From IMG/VR virus record IMGVR_UViG_3300014205_000177, positions 1 to 64,000 of that record: 64,000 nt of DNA; one strand, 5' to 3'. The notes beneath the pieces are model-generated. The model worked only from the letters and a program-made list of their open reading frames with translations. It searched no databases and was not told the DNA's origin. This DNA is from a virus. Lineage: Duplodnaviria > Caudoviricetes. The number at the start of each line of letters is the position of its first letter. Within the stretch, counting starts at the first letter, position 1. Below, piece after piece: positions 56,001 to 64,000 of this stretch. The translations under genes and the position numbers were made by a program.

Positions 56001-56965
56001 CCGTCACCATAATCTAAAATAACTACTGTCCCATTTGGACCAATAATAGAACCATTAAATTGTGAAGATTCATTAACAAAATATATTAATGTTGGATAAG
56101 ACAAAACTGTTTCAGAAGTTCTAAAATTAAATTCATAAATATAAGGACTTGTACTTGCAGTTCCATAAACACCTTTCAATCTCAAATATCTATAAGGGCT
56201 TGTATTATTAGGATAAGTAGTTAATACTCCAGCAGTAGAACCACCAATAACTTTATCAAGTGATAAATCCAACCAATTAGAATCATCAATACTACCTTGA
56301 ATAATCCAATATCCATGAGTTGAAGTATTGTTTTGTAATAATTGTATCATATCAGTTTGATATAATCCGCCAAAATTAAATTTAATCCAATTATCAGTTA
56401 CATTAATTGCTTGAAAATAAATATCATTAGCAGAAGAACCGTCAACTAATTTAGAATAAGTTGTATTAGTAAACATTGAAGATGAAGAAGTTGTAACTGT
56501 AATATTAGAAGTTCTATTGCCAAAACTCATAGCATTAGTCCATTTTGTAGGACTTTCATCATAAGAATAAGAATTGTTATATTTACTACTATCTACTATG
56601 GTATCATTAAATAAGTTTTCTTCTAAAACAGGATAATCTACAATCATTGAAATTAATAAACCATCTGTATAACCACCAGAATTTTGAACAATATTTTGTT
56701 GATAAGAAGAATTCATTAAAGATAAAGATGAAGGTGGTGTTGTATCCTCAATAAAAGTACCAGTACCAGAACTTTCAATGACATCCCAATATGGAACATT
56801 ATTGCTTATGTATAGTGCTTTATTATCACTTGATTCTGGCGGTGTTAATGCATATAAAACTCCACTTACAGTATAGAATAAGGTTCCATCAGCAGGTTCT
56901 GAACCTCCTATGTATATCTTTGTTTGCCCTCTAAATTCTGGATTTACTATTAAACTTTTTATCAT
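53069..56965 (-). CDS. Large modular virion/receptor-binding protein (discoidin-like, LamG-like, PKD-like repeats)
   Basis: IQGSIDDSNW...YRYLRL (F5/8-like); LNFEG...NEWKEITLTRD..VRMFMDG (LamG-like); three DYGDG...HxY...PTGQGLTDK repeats. Confidence 0.65.
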   Translation of the reverse strand: MIKSLIVNPEFRGQTKIYIGGSEPADGTLFYTVSGVLYALTPPESSDNKALYISNNVPYWDVIESSGTGTFIEDTTPPSSLSLMNSSYQQNIVQNSGGYTDGLLISMIVDYPVLEENLFNDTIVDSSKYNNSYSYDESPTKWTNAMSFGNRTSNITVTTSSSSMFTNTTYSKLVDGSSANDIYFQAINVTDNWIKFNFGGLYQTDMIQLLQNNTSTHGYWIIQGSIDDSNWLDLSLDKVIGGSTAGVLTTYPNNTSPYRYLRLKGVYGTASTSPYIYEFNFRTSETVLSYPTLIYFVNESSQFNGSIIGPNGTVVILDYGDGSFISYTMTGNSVSINHTYSSNGKYNVCMKSVTSNAITEINVSNNTITNIILASSVTSINSFIATGIKELSSSGLNRLLANLVASSVVNGILTIENNYLPTGQGLTDKTTLISAGWTISITDIYLEDVFADLEPLFYFSSNNLTGETDGYLRKWKDKNNESLNALRYGETYPVFQSSNSSFNDKSVVNFQGSQNMKISNMKFSNTPYDIFIVGKFVNNGAWQQIIGQAWNGGNCLDIHPDGRYCNRASLVRDTDSTLYAGNKMEIIEWMNTDASSASNTISKITIDNIESSSLLTTSITDNTGDVIIGANYNNGESVTNGYYGAILGFDFNLNDFQRARVIRAFDSYFNDSKHLWDGITLSLTTPSSFEIDIIGTNGAIIDVDYGDGTLTSVEMTGSIVTLTHSYSGSNCNFKLHGQYISEITSIDFKDSTVSNIIIPTDCNLVNISGTDSTLNEYQVNTLLSMLSNIGNSNGTISIYATSQPTGQGLTDKATLENDGWTITIGIVIVPDIILNFEGADASTTISDSGSNNISFTANYGAKLTTYDSAFGKSSASLYQNTWINSATTSFVSFDGVFTVKFRVKRKYAYDQILLIAGSYYDDCWSILTSGATLGVMFGSTWYGSSVSLPVNEWKEITLTRDNSNIVRMFMDGTKVLETEIAGTFPSTSNQLIIGSGYYMGYSSSEDFLIDSLVSYKGNCLYTADFATVPLHTGDPIKIVLLLDNQVYIDVIGANGTALVVDYGDGNIVNESMTGSTVTLSHTYSTVGTYTIYISGAVTSLSSIDLNGEQISLFTIPFGTILTNINVDNTLLGASKINYLLSMLVSTGTTNGTFSGLITTLPTGQGLTDKTELEAVGWTVNITGGAIIDLEYLVTDDYDSSYGGGLYTRYYGVDVPEGSVVYKSNLAFYGSYDGYITVTPSGSDYLWVIGTSILTTYESESVIEYAIISTAPNTQGVNVILNPNWDYYGYPGTKTCTPQ

Positions 56966-57146
56966 TGTGTACTCACTGTGTTTATTGTTCCATTATTTAT
57001 TACTATTAACCCATCATTCAATACAGTAGGTTTCAACTCACCATCTTTTTTAACTAATATACCATTAGTAGCAGACTTATTAGGGAAAGATATAGCCCCT
57101 ACTATTTTTGTATTCACATTTTTACTCTTCATGAATACTCCTATTG

Positions 57147-59402
57147 TTAAGCACTAACCAATTCATGTAACGGGTCTAATAAAAATTTACATCCAGCAGC
57201 ACCGTACCAATTAAATTCAAATTCAACAGATAATGGATTAGTGGTAGGACAATCAATATAAGTATCAATTCTCCACATTGTTAATCCAGTTTCATTATTC
57301 CATTCCGAAGTAGCATCCGTTTTATAAACACCACAAGTATTAGAATAATAATCGTTATAAAAATCACCATCGACATCTTGTGGAACTCTTACTTTGATTT
57401 TAAATCTAGTGCCAATGTAATTATTAACTGTACCTTGTGCAGTTAAATTAGCATAGCCTTTAGCGGCAACGTAGTAAGACAATCTATATCTTCCAGGGGT
57501 TTCAACCGTTATTTGTGGTCCAAGTAAAGGACTTCTTCCTAAAATCATAGGAGTTACATTATCTCTATATTGATTAATAAACATTATAGAAGCAGGTGAA
57601 CCACCAGTTCTGTAAATATTTGAAGAACGAGCATATTGATTATATGAATCTGCCATAAAATAATTTATATTTCCAGAATACTCCATAGCAGATTTACAAA
57701 TTTGTAAATAATCAAAATTAGAATAACTTTCATTGGCAGATGTTTTATTATCACCAAGTAAATATGTATTACAATGGTCAACAATTATAGTTGTACCATA
57801 ACCTGTTCCCCAAATACAACCAGTTGAACCATCATAGGGATAAGAAACATTATTAACATTAGCTGTTACTGTATCAATATGAATAGTACATCCATTATCA
57901 TAGCGAATGAAATTACTTGGTCTCCACGAAGAAATAGTATCTACGTCAGCTCTAGTTAAATTTCCAAAATGAACTTGACCTTTAAAACTAGCATTAGTAA
58001 CTTGTGCTCCACCAATAAATGCAGCTTTACCTCTTTCGTTATTTACGATTATATTATCAACCGTAATTGGACAAGCACCATGATAATGACCACCAATATC
58101 AGAATTATTACAGTCGAGATAAAATACATTATAATAACTTGGAGTAGCATCGTTATTATTATAATTTGCTGTGCCGTATGCTACAGCAGGGTCTTCTCCC
58201 ATTTGAATAGTAATGTTTTTAAGTTTTCTTATTGCTCCAGCAACATATCCTACAGTTCCATAAACATTCAATCTAAATGGCATTCCATTTTGATTCATGT
58301 AATACCAAACTTTGTTTAAATCTAAATCAATGTCTTGAATATCACAATAACGAATCCAACAATCGAAACTGAGTAAACCATTATAGATAAACAAATTATT
58401 ACCAGTTCTATTTGGCGTACCAAGAACACGAGGCATATCAATATTTATATTTTTAAGCGTTAAATAATCAATTGTTTGATTTACAAAAGCAATTGAAAAT
58501 GGGATATGATTACAACTTGTAGCTGTTCCATTAACAATAATATGTTCGGTATAATTGATTACATTACAACTTAATAATTTATGTTCATTAGCATCATTTA
58601 AATAAAATACGCCAATATCGTCACATCCAGTAACTTTATTAACTACTGTATTAACAAGATTAAACTTCCATAAAGCTTGAAACCAAAAACCATAACCACC
58701 TGTAGAACTACCTGCTCCATAATTTATCAAATTATTTTCAAATGATGCTTGAGCACAATCTCTAACTTTCAGATATTGAAATAATCCGTCATTAGCAATT
58801 TGGGTTGAAAATACAGTTGCATTATTATCATTTAATCTACCAAGAGAATCTGTACCATCGTTATCTACATCTTCACCATATCTACCGAACGAACATTCAC
58901 CAGTATAAACTTCTGTATGAATATTTGAATAAGTTCCTGAACCGTTATTATTGGTAATATTTACTATATAATTAGTTGTTGCGGAAGTACCAGCAGTACG
59001 TTGAACTTTTAATCCAGACCATGCGAATGAATAACAAGAACTTAAATTAATATTATTTCCACCAGAAGTAAAATAAGCCCATAATGCAGCATCATTTCCC
59101 CATGCAGATATAACCTCAGTTGGAACTATATCATAAAATTTATCTTTTTTACCAAAAGGAGATTGTAAAGCAGCCCTTGGACAACCAATAATCATAAATG
59201 AGGTTGCAGCTGAAGAAATAGAAGGAATTACTTTTGCTGCATTATAAGCAGTTCTTCTTAAAATCCAAGCATCACCAGTTGAGATTGTTGTAGGATATAC
59301 GTTTCTTGGAGTTGCTGGTGATACACCATTTCCATCTGAACCTGCACTTATATCTACATAAATTGCTGTGTAAGTGTTTCCACCATATTGAAATGTTGAC
59401 AT
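57147..59402 (-). CDS. Putative virion/tailspike-like beta-rich protein
   Basis: 751 aa, N/T/Y/G-rich; N-terminal IYVD...GSDGNG.SPATP typical of beta-helix proteins; tail gene context. Confidence 0.5.
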   Translation of the reverse strand: MSTFQYGGNTYTAIYVDISAGSDGNGVSPATPRNVYPTTISTGDAWILRRTAYNAAKVIPSISSAATSFMIIGCPRAALQSPFGKKDKFYDIVPTEVISAWGNDAALWAYFTSGGNNINLSSCYSFAWSGLKVQRTAGTSATTNYIVNITNNNGSGTYSNIHTEVYTGECSFGRYGEDVDNDGTDSLGRLNDNNATVFSTQIANDGLFQYLKVRDCAQASFENNLINYGAGSSTGGYGFWFQALWKFNLVNTVVNKVTGCDDIGVFYLNDANEHKLLSCNVINYTEHIIVNGTATSCNHIPFSIAFVNQTIDYLTLKNINIDMPRVLGTPNRTGNNLFIYNGLLSFDCWIRYCDIQDIDLDLNKVWYYMNQNGMPFRLNVYGTVGYVAGAIRKLKNITIQMGEDPAVAYGTANYNNNDATPSYYNVFYLDCNNSDIGGHYHGACPITVDNIIVNNERGKAAFIGGAQVTNASFKGQVHFGNLTRADVDTISSWRPSNFIRYDNGCTIHIDTVTANVNNVSYPYDGSTGCIWGTGYGTTIIVDHCNTYLLGDNKTSANESYSNFDYLQICKSAMEYSGNINYFMADSYNQYARSSNIYRTGGSPASIMFINQYRDNVTPMILGRSPLLGPQITVETPGRYRLSYYVAAKGYANLTAQGTVNNYIGTRFKIKVRVPQDVDGDFYNDYYSNTCGVYKTDATSEWNNETGLTMWRIDTYIDCPTTNPLSVEFEFNWYGAAGCKFLLDPLHELVSA

Positions 59403-59414
59403 GTTTTATCTCCT

Positions 59415-59990
59415 CTATTTTCTTATTTTAAAATTAAATGTTAATCCACTGCATCCTGAAAAGTCAAAATTTATATTATTAGCATCAATTATTTCAAATG
59501 GAATACTACCACATGAGTCATACAGTCCAGTTACACTATTTAAAACACTAACAACAACCGAAGGGTTTAATTCGTCCAGAGAATGTTTAACGGAAAGAAT
59601 ATTACTTGTCCATTTACATCTATAATCTGAAAGACCCTCATCATAACCAGCATCTGTTCCATAAATAATTTCAGGAACTGAATAATTAGAAGCTTCACCA
59701 GAGCCAAAAGAATAAATTATAGCCCAAGAACTTTCTCCTCTTTTATATAATTCACCAGTGTCAATATTTATGTGATGGTCTCCGTTTTTACCACCACTAG
59801 GAGCTGCGTTACTTGATGTAACAATCGCTATTTCACCAGTAATATCAACCAACTCATAAGTCTCTGTTGTAGAGTTATATCTTAACGTTTGCCCATTAGA
59901 CGGAACTGTATCTGTTATTACAACCCCTCTTAATTTTATGGCATCAATCGGTCTAGTTGCCGGATGTATGGTCGATAAGTTTATAGTCAT
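59415..59990 (-). CDS. Putative tail-associated protein
   Basis: PSNGQTLRYN, APSGGKNGDHHINIDTGELY, HSLDELNPSV motifs typical of tail fibre modules. Confidence 0.55.
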   Translation of the reverse strand: MTINLSTIHPATRPIDAIKLRGVVITDTVPSNGQTLRYNSTTETYELVDITGEIAIVTSSNAAPSGGKNGDHHINIDTGELYKRGESSWAIIYSFGSGEASNYSVPEIIYGTDAGYDEGLSDYRCKWTSNILSVKHSLDELNPSVVVSVLNSVTGLYDSCGSIPFEIIDANNINFDFSGCSGLTFNFKIRK

Positions 59991-60066
59991 TAAAATCTCC
60001 TTATTATGTATATTATATTAATTAAGCCCTATTTTAAACACTTGTCTATTTTATAAAAGGTCAACG

Positions 60067-63000
60067 TTATGTTGTAACCGATGGTGCTGGGTTTACTCCA
60101 GAACCAATAGTCATAACACTCGGATTGTCAAAGCCATCATCCATTGACCAGAAATAATAAACAGTCCCTGGTGTATATATGTTAGAGTCATTGCTTATAA
60201 CATAAGAATCAGTTGATGGATAATCCATCATAGTCTTTATATAATATCCACTTGTTTCATGTTTTATTATTCCATTTAGTTGATAATATCTTCCATTAAT
60301 TGCTGTCGTTCCAGCTCCAGATACAGTACAAATAAGAACACCAAGTGGAGAATCTTCCTCTACTCCTATAATCCAATTAGCTATAACAATAGAACCATCT
60401 GGACTATAAAGAGAAATTACATCAATACCAGAATCTACTAATACTGGAAGTGTTTTACCAACCCATTTAAAAGAATTACTCCATGAAATATAATTTCCTG
60501 CGCTGTGTGTTATTAACATTCCTCCTTGACCAGCTTGAAAGCTACCTGGAGCTAAGGTTAAATTAGAGGTTGGGCTTATTATATTTCGTTTACCAGCTAA
60601 TACTGTCTGATTGCCAGATACATTCATTGTGTTTACCGGATAGTCATATAACCAGGTTGGCACTGAGTTTATCATTTTTAAAGATTGTCCCTCTATTCCC
60701 TTTGCTAATCTCGCAGGTTCTCCATTAGCTCCACCATAAATAATATCTCCGACCGCAGTCATCGGATTTGTGATTCCGGTATTTAGTGATGGTTTATTTG
60801 TTAAATCGTTATAATTTCCACTAAATAACGTTGGTTTATTTGTAAGGTCTGCATAATTTCCACTAAAAGAAGAGACAATTGGCTTATTTGTTAAATCGTT
60901 ATAATTCCCACTAAATAACGTTGGTTTGTTCATGATGTCATTATATGAAATAGTAGTGATAAAACCAATGTCATTAGTGTAACTAGATAGATTTTTAGAT
61001 ATATTATCAAGAGATGACTGCAATGCGAAAATAGAAAGGTCTGGTTTATTAGTTAAGTCTAGATATGAAAAAGCACCTTGACTTTCGTCTATTATAAAAT
61101 TCAAGTCTTCAACCCCTAAGTCTAGAGTTATAATCCATCCTATAGTCCCACCAGCATATACTAAAATGAAAGTATCTAGCGAGTCTATGTTTATTATTTG
61201 AGACTCTCCTTCTATGTTTTTACCATTTCCGTATATGTATAACTCGTGTGATAAATTAAGTGCCTTGATAGCCACTCTGTCTCTTATGTTTGGATTTTGT
61301 GGCATATTTAAGAGAACAGCATTGTTTGTTGTATTTGCCCTATATCCATGATTATCTACCATTGTTAACTCTGAGGTAGAAACTTCCTCCCATGTTATTT
61401 TCGTATTTGGAATAACATCTATGGAAATAACACCGTCTGTTATTATCGGGTATCTTCCATCATGGTCGTGAGTAATAGTAGAATATACCCCGTCGTGAGT
61501 ATGACCCATTACAGAATATACTCCGGCATGATTATGAGAAACAAGAGAATACTCAGAAAGGTCTGGTTTATTGGTTAAATCGTTATAGTTACCTTCAAAA
61601 TATCCAGATGGTAAAATTGGAGTATTTGATAAGTCATTATAATTTCCACTGAACAATGTTGGAATATTTATTAAATCATTATAATTTCCTGAAAATAAAT
61701 TAGGAATATTCAATAAATCTAAATAGTTACCAGAAAACAATGATGGGAGATTGGCTAAATCTGAATATTCCCCACTAAAATAAGAAGATGGCAGAGACGG
61801 AGCATCTATAAGGTCTGAATAATTTCCACTAAATAATACTGGCTTATTTACTATATCCTCATACGAAACAACAGTAATATATCCTACATCATTTAAAAAA
61901 CTAGAAATTCCAGATGGGATTATCTGAATATCCTCATTTCTTGCATATATAGATAAATCTGGTTTATTAATCAAATCAGTATAGTCTCCACTGAATCCAC
62001 TTGGGATTATAGGTTTATCTGTTAAATCATTATAACTCACGCTTAACCCAGATGGAAGTATTGGAATTTCAGTCTTCAATGCGTACTGAGAAAGGTCTGG
62101 TTTGTCTTCTAATTCATTATATGACGTTATAAAAATTCCAGACGGAAATAATGGCTTATTGATTAGGTCTTCATAGTCACCGCTAAAATAATTACTTGGA
62201 AGTGTAGGTTTATCTGTCAAGTCAATATATGAGCCAGAAAACAAAGTTGGTTTATCAACTAAGTCGGTATATGAACCGCTAAATCCAGATGGAACAACTG
62301 GAATCTCTGTCTTTAAGGCATATCCAGAAAGGTCTAATTGGTCTTCTAGTTGATTATAAGATGTTATAAACACACCAGAGGGGATAATCGGTTTTTCTAA
62401 AAGGTCATTATAACTACCTGAAAAAGTAGACTTTCCATTCCAGCTTTCTCTTTCCTGTATGGTTATATGTATATTGCTATCTTCTGCGTGTGATATTGAA
62501 TTGCCAATAGCAATAGATTGTTCTTGTGTAATTCCTTGACCAATAATTACTAACGAATCAAGAAAGTCCTGCTCGGTTCCTGCGTTTCCATTTCTTAACC
62601 ATACATCATAAGCAGATGCTCCGTCACTTAATTCTATAGCGGAACCATATGTCTCACCGCTGTCTACTGACATTCTTATAAATCTGGTTCCACTTAATAC
62701 ATCGTCGCTCCACGTTTCTCCGTCCATAGAATACTGAACCATATATCTTTTAACATCTATAACCGGAGCTGGTTCTAAGGTCTCGTCATAAGGGTTATTT
62801 TTTATGTTTAAATATCCATTGAAAATTATAGTATCACTAACACTATCCCATAATAATGCTCCAAATACTTTTGAAGAGCTACTTCTCACAGTTGAAAAAA
62901 CAGTTTCTAAAACATCACTTCTCAATATCAAATTACCAACAACAACATCTCCTGATAAACTAAATCCTGTAGCTATTATTGCTTGAACTTTTGTTTTAGT

Positions 63001-63144
63001 GAATAATGATAATACTAAATTAGAAGGGTTAACATCTGAAATATTATTTATTTCTAAATCTATAATTTCTTTATAAGATGGCATTCCTACATATCTAAAA
63101 GTTTTTGTTGTTCTATTTACATTTATTACTAATTTGTTATTCAT
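60067..63144 (-). CDS. Tail fibre-like protein with about 20 SGxYxDLxxKP repeats
   Basis: GASAYDVW..NGNAGTEQDFL motif, FSGNYNDLTNKP repeats, HxH triplet (HNH, HTH, HDH), MTAVGDIIY. Confidence 0.75.
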   Translation of the reverse strand: MNNKLVINVNRTTKTFRYVGMPSYKEIIDLEINNISDVNPSNLVLSLFTKTKVQAIIATGFSLSGDVVVGNLILRSDVLETVFSTVRSSSSKVFGALLWDSVSDTIIFNGYLNIKNNPYDETLEPAPVIDVKRYMVQYSMDGETWSDDVLSGTRFIRMSVDSGETYGSAIELSDGASAYDVWLRNGNAGTEQDFLDSLVIIGQGITQEQSIAIGNSISHAEDSNIHITIQERESWNGKSTFSGSYNDLLEKPIIPSGVFITSYNQLEDQLDLSGYALKTEIPVVPSGFSGSYTDLVDKPTLFSGSYIDLTDKPTLPSNYFSGDYEDLINKPLFPSGIFITSYNELEDKPDLSQYALKTEIPILPSGLSVSYNDLTDKPIIPSGFSGDYTDLINKPDLSIYARNEDIQIIPSGISSFLNDVGYITVVSYEDIVNKPVLFSGNYSDLIDAPSLPSSYFSGEYSDLANLPSLFSGNYLDLLNIPNLFSGNYNDLINIPTLFSGNYNDLSNTPILPSGYFEGNYNDLTNKPDLSEYSLVSHNHAGVYSVMGHTHDGVYSTITHDHDGRYPIITDGVISIDVIPNTKITWEEVSTSELTMVDNHGYRANTTNNAVLLNMPQNPNIRDRVAIKALNLSHELYIYGNGKNIEGESQIINIDSLDTFILVYAGGTIGWIITLDLGVEDLNFIIDESQGAFSYLDLTNKPDLSIFALQSSLDNISKNLSSYTNDIGFITTISYNDIMNKPTLFSGNYNDLTNKPIVSSFSGNYADLTNKPTLFSGNYNDLTNKPSLNTGITNPMTAVGDIIYGGANGEPARLAKGIEGQSLKMINSVPTWLYDYPVNTMNVSGNQTVLAGKRNIISPTSNLTLAPGSFQAGQGGMLITHSAGNYISWSNSFKWVGKTLPVLVDSGIDVISLYSPDGSIVIANWIIGVEEDSPLGVLICTVSGAGTTAINGRYYQLNGIIKHETSGYYIKTMMDYPSTDSYVISNDSNIYTPGTVYYFWSMDDGFDNPSVMTIGSGVNPAPSVTT

Positions 63145-63204
63145 TAATCCCTCCGGTTCTTCCTTATAATAGTATTAAAATATGTAAAAAAACACCTGTA
63201 AAAT

Positions 63205-63229
63205 AAAAAAGCCTCATTAAGAGGCTTTT
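63205..63229 (-). terminator. Intrinsic (possibly bidirectional) terminator
   Basis: AAAAAAGCCTC-attaa-GAGGCTTTT. Confidence 0.7.
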
Positions 63230-63255
63230 AATAATTATTTAATATTTTTATCTAT

Positions 63256-63975
63256 TTATTGTTTATCTTTATTTGCAAACTCTTGCCAAAATTTATGTCT
63301 TTGTATTAAAAATTTAGCAGCTTCTGAAGATGTCAAACTTTCAAACTTATCAACCAATAAATATTTTTTTACTTCTTCTTCATCAAAACCATGTTCTTGA
63401 ATTATTTTTTTAATACCTTCAATTTGTACAGCAGAAATAGGGTCTGATTTTTCACCATCTTTGGTAGTTTCAGAGACCTCTACTATTGGCAACTTAATAT
63501 TATCAAGTTCATTATCTTGGTCATATAAATAGAGACCAACACCTAAAAGTGTAGCACATTTCTTTAATGCATCAGTAGTAGCTATTTTAAGGTCGTCTCC
63601 AAGACAAACTACTCTCCCATTATTATATGTGTTGATGGAAACCCCACCCCATTGCTGTTTTTCAATCCATTCACTTTTCTGCTCTCCTGGTTCACTTGGA
63701 ACTTTTAACATCCCACATACAGCAACTTGCTTTTGAGAAAAATCTACTATCCTATCAATTATATTAAAACTCCAATTAGTTCCATATACTTCATTAAGTC
63801 TCGCTATAATGTGAGAACCAGGAACATATTCTATTTCTTTTACTTCCTCTCCTCTCATTATCATTCTTTTTTTAACAAGTTCACTAGGAAATTCTTTTTT
63901 TAAGACTTCTATATCACTATATTTTTCTTCAACCTGTGCTGTTTCTTCAACTACTTCTTCTTCTTTTTTATCCAT
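63256..63975 (-). CDS. Rad52/Rad22-family single-strand annealing protein (Sak-like)
   Basis: YV...IIARLNEVYG.NWSF, KIATTDALKKCATLLGVGLYLY. Confidence 0.85.
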   Translation of the reverse strand: MDKKEEEVVEETAQVEEKYSDIEVLKKEFPSELVKKRMIMRGEEVKEIEYVPGSHIIARLNEVYGTNWSFNIIDRIVDFSQKQVAVCGMLKVPSEPGEQKSEWIEKQQWGGVSINTYNNGRVVCLGDDLKIATTDALKKCATLLGVGLYLYDQDNELDNIKLPIVEVSETTKDGEKSDPISAVQIEGIKKIIQEHGFDEEEVKKYLLVDKFESLTSSEAAKFLIQRHKFWQEFANKDKQ

Positions 63976-64000
63976 TTTCTACTCCTATAAATATTCGTTT

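Noticed and set aside
1-64000. Genome-wide stop-codon reassignment (code 15 or 4)
   Set aside because: Long genes are intact in code 11, and TAG and TGA both end genes at sensible positions; only one internal TGA was noticed

Overview
AT-rich segment of a large (jumbo-like) dsDNA phage genome. Positions 1-42.1 kb are + strand and dense in small accessory genes; 42.3-64 kb are - strand (nucleotide metabolism, a split-intein class II ribonucleotide reductase, lysis- and tail-type genes, a Rad52-family recombinase). The two arms converge on a terminator at about 42.2 kb. The strongest novelty candidate is a retron-type reverse transcriptase (14341-15519) with no room for an upstream ncRNA. About 3 kb downstream lies a tandem array of three separate msr/msd-like RNAs (18333-18968) that share terminal inverted repeats, an unpaired G facing a G, and a UUU-triloop stem, but have different template hairpins. 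The same gene run starts with a complete PRTRC-like ubiquitination operon (tandem di-Ubl, E2, JAB, E1) and ends with an HExxH protein, RuvB and a WYL-like protein. The window also holds unusual tRNA-like RNAs: three circularly permuted elements opened at the anticodon loop, one clear and one degenerate element lacking the anticodon arm, and an amber suppressor, alongside RtcB, an RNA ligase and a nucleotidyltransferase. A partial H-X9-DG-type gene hints at a PVC-superphylum host. All calls come from reading motifs and base-pairing by eye; no database searches or folding programs were run.
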